Virus record (IMG/VR): IMGVR_UViG_3300011616_000006
Span: 43,374-107,373 of that record
Origin: a virus
Taxonomy: Duplodnaviria > Caudoviricetes
DNA: 64,000 bases
Strand: one strand, 5' to 3'
The translations under genes and the position numbers were made by a program. How positions within the stretch are numbered: position 1 is the first letter of the stretch; each line of letters begins with the position of its first letter. Positions 32,571 to 43,071 of this stretch are shown in pieces. Under the pieces are notes generated by a model. That model was not told the DNA's origin. It saw only the letters and a program-made list of their open reading frames with translations, and searched no databases.

Positions 32571-33260
32571 TCAAGCCCACTGATTCGCAATAGCCTTTGC
32601 GACTCCTATATATGTTTTGCTACGAATCTTTGCCGTTTCTGGGGAGTTCCACGCCAGAACTTTCCCTTTATCATTTTTTGTATTAAACCCTTTGTATTTT
32701 CCATCTTTTATGTATTGATTTTTCCACCCATCTTTCGGCTTTTCAACAACTTTTGTAGGTGTCAGCAGCGGTAGATTCTTCAACCACAAACATGTTGACT
32801 TTGTCTCTTCATGCCCAAACATCCACGGCTGAATTATTTGGTCTGGCTTACGATAAACTGTTGACATCACCCCTACGGGATTTTCAATCGCTATTCTCTC
32901 ACAATCCGCATTGACGAATGAATTGAAGAATTCAATTGCCTCTTCTCTGTCTTTATGTCGCTGAATAGCTGCATCTCCATATCGATCAATATTGAACCAA
33001 CGATTACCTGCGACTGTAAGATATGTACAAGGTGGAAATGCAATAAGAATATCCCATTTTCCGTTTATTGTATGATTTTTACCATCAACTGTAGTGAACT
33101 GACAATTGCCATTCAGCAGAGGTAAAACATTGGTTTGAATGTGCCACTCTGGGTAGCCACCAGAACATTGCTCCAAATCGCAAGAATATGCTTCATGCCC
33201 CAGACTTCTTAGCTCTTTTGTTACAGCTTGACTCTCTTCACATGCAACTAAAATCTTCAA
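32571..33260 (-). CDS. Phage DNA cytosine methyltransferase-like protein
   Basis: KILVACEESQ, YSCD, AFPPCT catalytic PC, IENP, RSKT..GVA.A.A.QW. Confidence 0.8.
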   Translation of the reverse strand: MKILVACEESQAVTKELRSLGHEAYSCDLEQCSGGYPEWHIQTNVLPLLNGNCQFTTVDGKNHTINGKWDILIAFPPCTYLTVAGNRWFNIDRYGDAAIQRHKDREEAIEFFNSFVNADCERIAIENPVGVMSTVYRKPDQIIQPWMFGHEETKSTCLWLKNLPLLTPTKVVEKPKDGWKNQYIKDGKYKGFNTKNDKGKVLAWNSPETAKIRSKTYIGVAKAIANQWA

Positions 33261-33354
33261 TTTATTACCAGGAGTAAAGAACGTTCTTTTGTTGTCCGGA
33301 CAAAACCTCTTTATCCCTTCTTTTAATCAGAATCCATTATTTATAAAATCAACT

Positions 33355-34583
33355 TCACTTCGTATATACTCTCTGCATCAATTCTTCCCGTCGCGAAATG
33401 GGTTTCCCGCATACTTGACAGATTCGTTTGCTTTTACGACATGTGCCGCACAAATCAGCCCCATTTACGTAATTAAATACTTCTATTCCGCAGTATTTAC
33501 ATTTGATTAGTTTTATACCCTTTGCAATAGGACAACACACATGGACTGCTACAACTATCACCTCCGTCTTTTCAATCAAACAAAAGTCGCATTTTATTTA
33601 ACCTTTACTTCCGCATTCCCAAATAACAAGTTGCTCCACACGCAGGGCATTTAATGTGTTTTGAGCCATTACCTTTTGCTTTCAAATTTTGTTTTATGTC
33701 ACAATTAGAATACTGCAAAAGCGATTTACATTCCTGACATTCAATCTTGCGATTAATCATACTACCCAATTCTAATACTGTAACCATTATTCCCTCCAAA
33801 TCAAATCTCTATTTCATATATGTCCAACAATCTTGTGTCCGTTAAACTTAGTGTTACATCGAGGGCATTTCTTATAAATCGTAACGTTAAAACAATCTTC
33901 TTCTGGTAAAAAGCTTTTCAACTCAAGAATGAGCCCACAATATTCACACATTGAGCTTATTGCCGAGCAATCATCATTTTTGGGATATGTCCACACCAAT
34001 TATCTGTACTACACTTTCTATAGTTGGTTGAGAATCAATTAGTTCTAAACTAACCCCAAATGGTTTATCCCAATTTGTAATATCTGCTTCTCTCTTTAAT
34101 GCATCCGCGTCAATCAGTCTTCCCATTACAAATCCCTTCTCATATTGTTTTTCAATTATCATAACCATCTTCTTTGAGTGTCATAACAATCTTCTCGATC
34201 TCATTCATCACCTCAAGAAGCTGTGATTTATTCATACAACACAAACTGACCGTGTCCGGAATCGCCATGGTGTATGCTCCAACTTCTTTAGCAATCACAT
34301 CAATCTTTTTATAGTGGTCGATCAATTCCCGGCAGCTGACATTTTCACTATAAGATAAAACGACAATATCATTTGGCTTTGGCTGTAAAATACTCAAATC
34401 AACATCATTCATCTTTGCTCCTTCTTTAACTCATCATATTGTACTTCCAATTCCTGAACCTTTTTACTATGTAGAGCTTTCACTTTTATTGCTACTTCAT
34501 TACCACAGTATTCAGCTATTATTTTCACCATATCATCGAAGGTTCGCACCGGCCACCACTGACCATTTATGTAGATAATACAT
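33355..34583 (-). other. Cluster of small hypothetical ORFs, several with CxxC zinc-ribbon motifs
   Basis: ORFs 33355-33579, 33605-33799, 33814-33999, 33974-~34126, 34152-34412. Confidence 0.55.
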
Positions 34584-34612
34584 AATCACCCCCTTTGAAA
34601 GTGCTGTTTCAT

Positions 34613-36556
34613 TTACATCATTTCCAGTAATTGTGCTTCTGAAATAATTGGTACTCCTAACTCTTTTGCTTTTTTATTCTTGCCAGTAGTTGATGTAATG
34701 TCGTTGTTTACTAAATAAGATGTTTTGGCCGACACGGAACCACTCACTTTACCACCAAGAACCTCAATCTTCGATTTGGCTTCATCCCGATTTTCAAAGC
34801 TATCCAACTTACCCGTAATAACGAAAGTCATCCCATCCAACGTTGTTCCCTTTGCCATCTGCACATTTTCAAATTCGAATATATCCATCAAATTAGGAAG
34901 CCAGGTGTGATTGCGCTGGAGATAAGTCCACATTGAATTCTGCATTGACGTTCCAAAATCTGATAAAGTTGAGAAATCAAAACCGCTACACCATGAATCA
35001 TAAAATTTCACTTCATTCTCAAAGGAACTGGCAATCGCTTTGCTGGCGGATCGCCCAATAAGAGGAATTGATAACGAATAAATAAATCTGTCCAAAGTAG
35101 TGTTCTTACTCATCATTAAACTCTCCAGCAATTTTTCAACTGAACGTTTTCCAAATCGATCACTTCTACTCCATTCATCTTTATATTGATCAAGGTTGTA
35201 TAAATCGATAAATGATTTCACCCATCCCCGGTCAACCAGAAATTCTATCGTGGCCTCACTCATTCCATCAATATTCAGAGCATTCTTAGAACAGAAATGA
35301 GTTAGTTTGCCAACTAATTTTCCTTTGCAGAATTCATTTGTGCAGTGTAACACTTCTGTATCTATATCTTTTTCCACTTTAGTTGCCTCACTGCACACTG
35401 GACATACGCCAGGGATGCGAACCGCATTACTTCTGGTGTTATTTTCCTTCACCTGCGGTATGATCTGATTTGCCTTATAGACCGATATCTCATCTCCAAT
35501 GCCTAATTCCAACTCTTTGAGAATGCTCACATTATGAAGGGATGCTCGGCTTACATCTGTTCCATCGATATTCACTGTGTCAAAAATTGCAACTGGTGTA
35601 AGAGATCCGGTCTTCCCCATTGACCATTCAATGTCTCGCAACGTAGTTAGATGTTCTTCATCGTAAAATTTGAACGCCAATGAATGTCTTGGATGATGTC
35701 CTGTAGACCCAAGCGATTGACCATAAATCATATCGTCATACGAAATAACCAAACCATCAATTGGATAACCTCTGTCTTTGGCCTCATCTTTCAGTGATTC
35801 AATCAGTCTTGTTATTTGCTGAACATCATCGAATGGACATGAAATAAAGGGAACAACATCAAATCCCAATTTTTCTAAAGCATCGAGATTGGTACTCATC
35901 TGTCTTCCAAAATTCTTAGCCGGAACCTTCCAAGCAATACACCGAATCTTTCTTTCAGCAGCTACACGGTTATCAAGCTGCCTGACAGAACCGCTGACAA
36001 GATTTCTCGGATTCTTATATTTTTCTTCATCGGTTAAAGCCTCATTAATCACTGCAAAATCCTCATATGTAATGATTGCTTCTGCTTCAATCTCCAGCCG
36101 TTCATTATATCCGATCACAAGGGGTATATTAATAAATTCTCTGGCGTTGTGAGTAACCAGTTCTCCAACTTCTCCGTTTCCTCTAGTCTCAGCTTGAATT
36201 AATCTACCGCCATCATATGTCAAGAGAATAGTTAACCCATCAAGTTTATGCATTAGCAAGCATGGTTCAGATGCTGCAAGCTTAAGCAAGTCATCAACCG
36301 ACTTCGTTTTACTCAGGCTGAGAAGTGGGTGACTATGCTTCACTTTCTCCAATTTTGATACAACTTCATATCCTACAGTTTGAGTAGGGGAACCTGAAAT
36401 AATAATCCCTGTCTCCCTCTCAAGTTCCTCTAACTGGTTAAATAGTATATCATACGTTTCGTCTGAAATAACTGAATTTGAGTTATTGTAATACTCATTG
36501 CGATAATAATTCAGTTTTCTTACTAGCCCCTTCATCTCGTTAATATCTTTTACCAT
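34613..36556 (-). CDS. ligA: NAD-dependent DNA ligase
   Basis: KLDG adenylation motif, TRGNG, NPRN, zinc finger, HhH, C-terminal BRCT. Confidence 0.95.
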   Translation of the reverse strand: MVKDINEMKGLVRKLNYYRNEYYNNSNSVISDETYDILFNQLEELERETGIIISGSPTQTVGYEVVSKLEKVKHSHPLLSLSKTKSVDDLLKLAASEPCLLMHKLDGLTILLTYDGGRLIQAETRGNGEVGELVTHNAREFINIPLVIGYNERLEIEAEAIITYEDFAVINEALTDEEKYKNPRNLVSGSVRQLDNRVAAERKIRCIAWKVPAKNFGRQMSTNLDALEKLGFDVVPFISCPFDDVQQITRLIESLKDEAKDRGYPIDGLVISYDDMIYGQSLGSTGHHPRHSLAFKFYDEEHLTTLRDIEWSMGKTGSLTPVAIFDTVNIDGTDVSRASLHNVSILKELELGIGDEISVYKANQIIPQVKENNTRSNAVRIPGVCPVCSEATKVEKDIDTEVLHCTNEFCKGKLVGKLTHFCSKNALNIDGMSEATIEFLVDRGWVKSFIDLYNLDQYKDEWSRSDRFGKRSVEKLLESLMMSKNTTLDRFIYSLSIPLIGRSASKAIASSFENEVKFYDSWCSGFDFSTLSDFGTSMQNSMWTYLQRNHTWLPNLMDIFEFENVQMAKGTTLDGMTFVITGKLDSFENRDEAKSKIEVLGGKVSGSVSAKTSYLVNNDITSTTGKNKKAKELGVPIISEAQLLEMM

Positions 36557-36557
36557 T

Positions 36558-37106
36558 CTACACACATCCCTTCATTAATTTGGACATCAATACGCCATGA
36601 CATACCTCATATATCATCTGGCCCATATTTTCTTTTTTCACAAAATTCATATGAAAATTTGAAATTCTTTGCACCCCCAGAATCCTTCTTAAAAAAGCCA
36701 CTTCATTATACTCAGATTGATAATTGTGTGTGATAATATCATCAATCTGACAATCTTCAATAAAGAGATAACAGTTTTGTATATTAATCATTCTGTTCAA
36801 TTCCTTAAAAAATCGTTCATCGTGGGCCTTGATATTTCCAGCTATTTCATCCAATCCGTTTTTTCGTTCTATGCACAATTCATCTGTAAAATATGTATCC
36901 ACCAAAAAGCCCAGTTCTGGACATCTCTCTATCATGAAACAATAATCACCCGTTTTCAGTTTTCGTTTCTTACAACGAATACTTTTCTTATCAAAATACT
37001 CAAGTATATGCTGATTGGATTTTTCTGCGCTATCATGAATAATGACCATATGTTTAAGTAATTCCTTTAGTTGTTTTTCAGTATAATAATTCTTGATCTT
37101 CTTCAT
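36558..37106 (-). CDS. ERCC4-domain nuclease
   Basis: DSAEK..LKTGDY..CIERK. Confidence 0.75.
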   Translation of the reverse strand: MKKIKNYYTEKQLKELLKHMVIIHDSAEKSNQHILEYFDKKSIRCKKRKLKTGDYCFMIERCPELGFLVDTYFTDELCIERKNGLDEIAGNIKAHDERFFKELNRMINIQNCYLFIEDCQIDDIITHNYQSEYNEVAFLRRILGVQRISNFHMNFVKKENMGQMIYEVCHGVLMSKLMKGCV

Positions 37107-40100
37107 TCTCCGTTCTTTTTACTTTATATTTCTGCAACCAAAACTCAAACTTATCTGGAACATCTGCATAAATCTTCTTCCCAGTCTGTGGATTTATCTC
37201 CCCCGTAGGCTCTTTTTTATGTTTCTTTTCACATGATGAAATGATTAATATATCCATTTCTTCAAACGGATGTCGGTTGAATGCATTTGTCCACATTTTG
37301 AGATCCCTTGTTTTACCTGAATATATCTCATATAGTTTGATATTAGTTATGGATTTTAAAACCTCCAGCCCCGACACATAGTAAAGTAATTTACTTGCAT
37401 TTGGCTCTGTAGTTGACAATATTCCGAGAATACGATGTTCATTATCCAGTTTATCTTTAAGAGACAGTGGCTTGTACTCAACCCCCTTGATCAGCTCCTC
37501 TAAAAGTCCAGTATTGTTTAATTGGTTGTAAAGAGTTTTTGTTTCATTTCCGTATTTTTTCACAATATCCTCTGCTATTCCGTTCTCTGTAATCTTCTTT
37601 TTCGACAGTTGTTTTGCCGCGATCAACAGATCATAGTACTTTTTAGTGGCTAAAAGAGTATTGACATCACCAAAATTTTTAAAGTACTCAATCCTAATCA
37701 GGTCTTCAACTCTTGATGAATTTACTGAAGTACTTTCAATGGCGCTCAAAATTTCAACAAATGACGAATATTCGTATTTCCCAATCTCATATAATTCGCT
37801 TACAACTTTAATACCAAAATTTTTCACACTAGACAGACTTGGATAGATCACTTTAGCAGCCCTGTCAATAGTAACGCGCCTGTTGTCCTTTCCGAACTCA
37901 TATCCGCCAAGCCTCACACTATAATGTTTAATGCATTCTTTAACAAGAGAATCGATCTTATCTTTTTTTCCTTTGTCTTGATAGTGATTGATTGCAACCT
38001 CATAAAATGTAAACGGATAATGCCCTTTCACCCAAGCTTGATAAGCACTGTCCCCGCCCATTGAATAAGCATGTGGTGAGTTAAACGCATAGAATGCAGA
38101 GTCTTCAATGATCTTCCAGACCGTCTCAAAGTTATTTACATTTCCGATTTCTTTTCTCCAGGATTTAATAAGCTCTTTCTTTAGCTCTGCCAGTTTCTCC
38201 GGATTATCCTTATATTCTTTCTTTGATATCGACTTGATCACACTATAAGTATTGTCCATCGCCATGCCAAGGAATGATAAAACTTTCATTATTGATTCTT
38301 GATATAACATAAAATGTGCTGTATCTTTTAACAGCTCGTTGATACGATCTTCTCCTGTCGAATAAGGTTGTCTGTCCAGGAATATCTTTAAAGAAGATGC
38401 AAACCCTGGCCTAATCGCAGCAATAAAGGCAGATAGTTCGGCAAGTGACTTCGGCTTATATTTCATTACTTTGGGAATTGTTTTAATTTGTTCACACTGG
38501 TTTATACAGCAGGTTATTCCTTTCTCATAAATATCCCAAGTCTTGTTATCTTCTTTAATCATTTCTTTCAGTTCCTCAAATGATGGAACCTCCATTCCTA
38601 AACTTTTAAAAAGTTTGTATGTAAGATGAACACTGTCTACAATAAGGAAATCGTCTTTCAAATAACCAAATTTATCGAGATATTTGCCTTCTATACAGGC
38701 CACCAACGTACGTTCCTTTGTGGTTTCTGATATTGCAGTAATTAGGCCTATTTCTCTTCTAATATCTCCATCAAAAAGAATATAACCACACGGATGTTTT
38801 ATAAGATTTATCACTATGCTTTGATATTCTTTGCTTTCTTTGTATAAAGAAAGATATTCTTGAGGTATGAAATCATCTGCTACAATTAAATCTCTGGCAT
38901 CCTCATCAGCATATTTTTTCGCTTTTTCAAATTCATCAAGATATTTTGAGATCTGCAGCGAATCATGTGCAGAAACATCATTTGCTCCGGCATAAAGCTG
39001 CCATGCCGACTTTTCTTTCAGTTTTCCAACCGCCATCAATGGATAACATCCATGTTCACCAAGCAATTTCTTGCCAGACTTTTCAAATGGTTCTTGCTCG
39101 GCAATATTGAGATCAATATCAGGCATTTGTCCAGCTAATACACGTTCTTTGGTTAAAAATCTTTCAGGATATATTGGTATATCAGAATTGAACCTGTCTA
39201 CAGTTGTAAAACCAAGCAGCCTATTTGTGATAAATGAAGCAGAACTCCCTCTTGATGTTGTAGTTAATATTCCTCCTTCTTCAGTTATTGCATTATGTAC
39301 TAATCTTTGATTTGTTAGGAAATAGTCAACCACACCTGATTCAGTTACTTGTTTCGCCTCATAACGGACACCATTGATTTTATCCTTGGATTTTAAAGGC
39401 TCTTTTCTGTATGCCTGGTTTAAAATGTTATGATAGAGCTTTACCCTTTCCCCATATGATTTATCCTTGTAAATATTGGGGATTTTAAATGATTTATCAA
39501 GCTTTATATCTTCACACTCATCAACAAAGACATTGGTATTCATGATCGCTGTTAAAATTTGTCTGTCAGATAACACGCCCTGTTCTTGGAACCGTCTTAT
39601 CAAAGTTGTGGTGTCAGGATAATCCATATACCACCCAGCCTCTTCCGGATAAGATACTTTTTTGTATTTTAATATCTGGTCTCTCTTCACACGGCCTGAT
39701 TCTCCAATATAATGACTATCTAATCCAGCAATTATTTGAATTCCATATTTTTCAGACATCTTGATAATTCTTTTATTTAGTTCTTTTTGTTTGCTGGTAT
39801 TATTGGCTTGTAATTCAAGAAAAAAATTGTCGCCAAAATATTTCCATACTTTCAACCAAATCTCTTCCGCATCATCATAATTCCATCCGGCTATACATGC
39901 GCTCGTAACAATTATATTGTCTCTAGGAATGTTTAGGAGAAGCTCTAAATCTATACGTGGACGATAATAATATCCATCAATATTTGCCATAGACAATATA
40001 TAGTTGATATCCGCTCTCCCCGTTTTGTTCTTAGCAACAATAACCATATGACAATTGGTTTTGTCTTTTTCATGTCTGTCTTTCACCCAATAGGCTTCTG

Positions 40101-40383
40101 TTGAGTGCCTATACTTAAGATTTTCTTTTTCTGCAACATCATAAACAAAGAAATGATTGCCTTGCGATCCGTGTTCTCCAGAATACAAACATTTCGCATT
40201 CAACTCTTTGACCCTCTTTACATATTCACTTAACAATTCTCCGCTGTCAGCGATATACGTATTTGAAAAGTCCTTATGACAGTGGTAGTCTTCTAAATAG
40301 AGATTTTGGGCATAGTCAGCTATTTCATATGGAAACTTAAACTTTAATTTTGGAATAATTTCCTCTATTAACTCTTGATACAA
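37078..40383 (-). CDS. Phage DNA polymerase III alpha subunit (DnaE-like)
   Basis: PHP HCH, RGSSA, PDIDL, HPCG, YAFNSPHA; no intein seen. Confidence 0.92.
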   Translation of the reverse strand: MYQELIEEIIPKLKFKFPYEIADYAQNLYLEDYHCHKDFSNTYIADSGELLSEYVKRVKELNAKCLYSGEHGSQGNHFFVYDVAEKENLKYRHSTEAYWVKDRHEKDKTNCHMVIVAKNKTGRADINYILSMANIDGYYYRPRIDLELLLNIPRDNIIVTSACIAGWNYDDAEEIWLKVWKYFGDNFFLELQANNTSKQKELNKRIIKMSEKYGIQIIAGLDSHYIGESGRVKRDQILKYKKVSYPEEAGWYMDYPDTTTLIRRFQEQGVLSDRQILTAIMNTNVFVDECEDIKLDKSFKIPNIYKDKSYGERVKLYHNILNQAYRKEPLKSKDKINGVRYEAKQVTESGVVDYFLTNQRLVHNAITEEGGILTTTSRGSSASFITNRLLGFTTVDRFNSDIPIYPERFLTKERVLAGQMPDIDLNIAEQEPFEKSGKKLLGEHGCYPLMAVGKLKEKSAWQLYAGANDVSAHDSLQISKYLDEFEKAKKYADEDARDLIVADDFIPQEYLSLYKESKEYQSIVINLIKHPCGYILFDGDIRREIGLITAISETTKERTLVACIEGKYLDKFGYLKDDFLIVDSVHLTYKLFKSLGMEVPSFEELKEMIKEDNKTWDIYEKGITCCINQCEQIKTIPKVMKYKPKSLAELSAFIAAIRPGFASSLKIFLDRQPYSTGEDRINELLKDTAHFMLYQESIMKVLSFLGMAMDNTYSVIKSISKKEYKDNPEKLAELKKELIKSWRKEIGNVNNFETVWKIIEDSAFYAFNSPHAYSMGGDSAYQAWVKGHYPFTFYEVAINHYQDKGKKDKIDSLVKECIKHYSVRLGGYEFGKDNRRVTIDRAAKVIYPSLSSVKNFGIKVVSELYEIGKYEYSSFVEILSAIESTSVNSSRVEDLIRIEYFKNFGDVNTLLATKKYYDLLIAAKQLSKKKITENGIAEDIVKKYGNETKTLYNQLNNTGLLEELIKGVEYKPLSLKDKLDNEHRILGILSTTEPNASKLLYYVSGLEVLKSITNIKLYEIYSGKTRDLKMWTNAFNRHPFEEMDILIISSCEKKHKKEPTGEINPQTGKKIYADVPDKFEFWLQKYKVKRTENEEDQELLY

Positions 40384-41988
40384 TTAATCACCACCTATCC
40401 ATATTTTGTTACAAACGGCCTTTAATACAAATTTTTTTCCTAAAAATCCACTATCTAAGGTGCAAACACAGGAAACAATATCTCCCATAATCGCCGCATC
40501 TTCATACACCTCAAACGAGCCGCTGTAATTCCATTTGATGACAAGTAGATAGTTATTTGGTTGTACAACCAAATGCTTAAAATTACTCATGTTGCTTATT
40601 CCATAATCTTCAATATTGGTAATATATACCTGTACTGGCTTGAACTTTTCACCCGCTACTTTATCAATTAGTTTTATTTGTTCTATTAATCCTCTTGTGA
40701 TATCGGATACATCCAATTGAATATCTGCAGCAAGTTCTGTAATATCAGGTTCTTGCATTGCAAGACTTTCTTCTATATACAATGAGAAATCATCAAATAG
40801 ATTCTTATCAATCTCTATACCACTTGCTAATTCATGTCCGTTGGCCTCTGCAAAACTGCTGTCGTTGCATATCTTTCTAAAATCGCTTACGCCAATCGCT
40901 CTCATAGAACCACATAATTTATCACCACAATCTTTTAAAACAAGTATTGGTCGCTGATATTGCTCAAGTAATTTGCCAGCAATCAGTCCAGACACACCAT
41001 ATTCACTTTCTATGATGACGGGAATCATCTTTTTTTCTTTTTGCTTCTCACATTGCATCAATACTGAGGGAAACAATCTTTCAACCTCATAGTTTTGACG
41101 TTCTCGACAGGCTACAAGGGCCTTTTTATATTTTAAAATCTCTTTATTATCATCCGACAAAAATAAATTCATTGCGGCCTCATTTTCATTCATACGGCAA
41201 GAAGCGTTAATCAGCGGCGCGATACTGAATGATATGGCTGTTGAGTTAAAATCAAAACTTCCAATAATCTTCTTCACAGCTGGATTATAAATAGTTTTCA
41301 GACCTTCATTTACAATATAGCGATTTTCCATGACAGTCATATCCATCATATCTGCTATAATTCCACATGCTGCCAGATCAATTAATTCATCTGCGTAGTC
41401 TGTCAGTTCTTGTTCATCTATATATTTGCAGAATTTCCATACCACACCAGAACCAGATAATTGGGGATTTTCATATCCCAGCTGGGATGATACCAGTGTT
41501 ATATATTCCGAATAAGGAACTTTATCATCAACAGCATGATGATCCAATACAATTACTTCTATCCCCATTTCTTTCAGTTTTTCATATTGTGAAGTATTTT
41601 TATCAAGGCTATCAACAATTATAAGAAGATCAACATCTGCAAACCGACTGATATCTTGATTAATCAATCCATGAGCTTTACCATTATTAATAAATGTATG
41701 AACCTTCTTTTTATCTGTTATGTTCCACAAATATCTTGCCGCAATAGTCCCGGCAGAGATGCCATCAACATCAACATCATAGAGAACACCTATTTCTTTA
41801 TTCAAATGGCTAAACAAGATTTTATAGGCCTTGTCAATATCTTTCAAAGAATCCAAAGGCAGTAAATCCGCTTCGATTGGATTCAGAAATCGGTCTATAT
41901 CTTCTACACCCCTTTGTTTTAAAATGACTTCAAATATTTCACTTTCACACATTCCGCGACAATCATTTAACACATTACATTTATTCAT
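40384..41988 (-). CDS. RecJ-like DHH ssDNA exonuclease
   Basis: DVDVDG, DHH, LSGSGV, GSMR, GHELASG. Confidence 0.9.
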   Translation of the reverse strand: MNKCNVLNDCRGMCESEIFEVILKQRGVEDIDRFLNPIEADLLPLDSLKDIDKAYKILFSHLNKEIGVLYDVDVDGISAGTIAARYLWNITDKKKVHTFINNGKAHGLINQDISRFADVDLLIIVDSLDKNTSQYEKLKEMGIEVIVLDHHAVDDKVPYSEYITLVSSQLGYENPQLSGSGVVWKFCKYIDEQELTDYADELIDLAACGIIADMMDMTVMENRYIVNEGLKTIYNPAVKKIIGSFDFNSTAISFSIAPLINASCRMNENEAAMNLFLSDDNKEILKYKKALVACRERQNYEVERLFPSVLMQCEKQKEKKMIPVIIESEYGVSGLIAGKLLEQYQRPILVLKDCGDKLCGSMRAIGVSDFRKICNDSSFAEANGHELASGIEIDKNLFDDFSLYIEESLAMQEPDITELAADIQLDVSDITRGLIEQIKLIDKVAGEKFKPVQVYITNIEDYGISNMSNFKHLVVQPNNYLLVIKWNYSGSFEVYEDAAIMGDIVSCVCTLDSGFLGKKFVLKAVCNKIWIGGD

Positions 41989-42044
41989 TAATCGTTAGAG
42001 TAAAGATATCTTTTCGCTGCGCAGCAAACCCCCTTACTCCTCTC

Positions 42045-43049
42045 TTAAATATACTTTATTTCTTCTTGTAAAATCCGTTTCAACTCTTCGCCCCCCAGGT
42101 CTGATGCAGAAATTTTGTTGCCATAATTCTTGTCAAAATTGTCCCAATAACCAACATCCATTTCACTAAATCTGGAATAGCTCTTTAAGACCATGATGTT
42201 TCTTTCAATATTGTCATACTTATAACCAACATCATGCATGAATATTACTCGTCTAGGATTCAACTCCATTATCATCTGCGCCTGTTTAGAACTCAACGAA
42301 CCACTTCCTAACCCTATTGCATATCTTATTCCATAGGAAAAACATTGCATGGGCGATTTTTCCGCTTCAAATATCAAAACTGTATCACCCTGCATATACT
42401 TATAGTTCTGCGAATATCCATACAGTTGTTGGGACATCTGACACGGGAGAAGATAATAATACTTTTGATCTCCATCTAAAACATCGTAATTACATCGTGC
42501 CTTTATCCCAACGAGCTGTCCGAGCTGATCCCTAATTGGAATTACAATAGTCTGAGATCTTCGGTCGTAGCAAATACCGAAATATTTTTGAGCTGAAAGT
42601 GAAATGTTGTCTCTAAGAAATCTTAAGTTCCCACAGTTTTCATAGTCCTCTAATAGTGAATCATCGTATGTATTAATTGTTGATTTCTTGTATTTTCTTA
42701 CTTTGTCATAGATGCCACCAAAAATCCCTCTGTTGGTTTCAAAAAAATCATAATAATCTTCAATTCCAAGTATTGATCTTATGGTTCTCATCACATCAGA
42801 AAACTCTACGCTTCTCTGGGTGCAAATAAAGCTTATCAATTCCTTATATTCATTTCTTGCCCAGTCTTTAACATACAGAAACTCGTTGTCATCAAGATGG
42901 ATCGTAATCGATTTAGGGCTTGATGATTCACTACGGCCAAACTGAATATATTTATTCCGAATGATTATGTTCGCATATCCAAAGTTAGCTAAAACCTGTC
43001 TTATTCTTTCAGGTTCTTTTAGTAACTCCTTTTTTATTTCTTTTAGCAC
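42045..43049 (-). CDS. Phage DNA primase (TOPRIM)
   Basis: IPIRD..GQLVGIKAR, FEAEKS; lies between helicase and RecJ as in SPbeta. Confidence 0.8.
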   Translation of the reverse strand: MLKEIKKELLKEPERIRQVLANFGYANIIIRNKYIQFGRSESSSPKSITIHLDDNEFLYVKDWARNEYKELISFICTQRSVEFSDVMRTIRSILGIEDYYDFFETNRGIFGGIYDKVRKYKKSTINTYDDSLLEDYENCGNLRFLRDNISLSAQKYFGICYDRRSQTIVIPIRDQLGQLVGIKARCNYDVLDGDQKYYYLLPCQMSQQLYGYSQNYKYMQGDTVLIFEAEKSPMQCFSYGIRYAIGLGSGSLSSKQAQMIMELNPRRVIFMHDVGYKYDNIERNIMVLKSYSRFSEMDVGYWDNFDKNYGNKISASDLGGEELKRILQEEIKYI

Positions 43050-43071
43050 ATCTCACTTTCACCTCCTCTAA

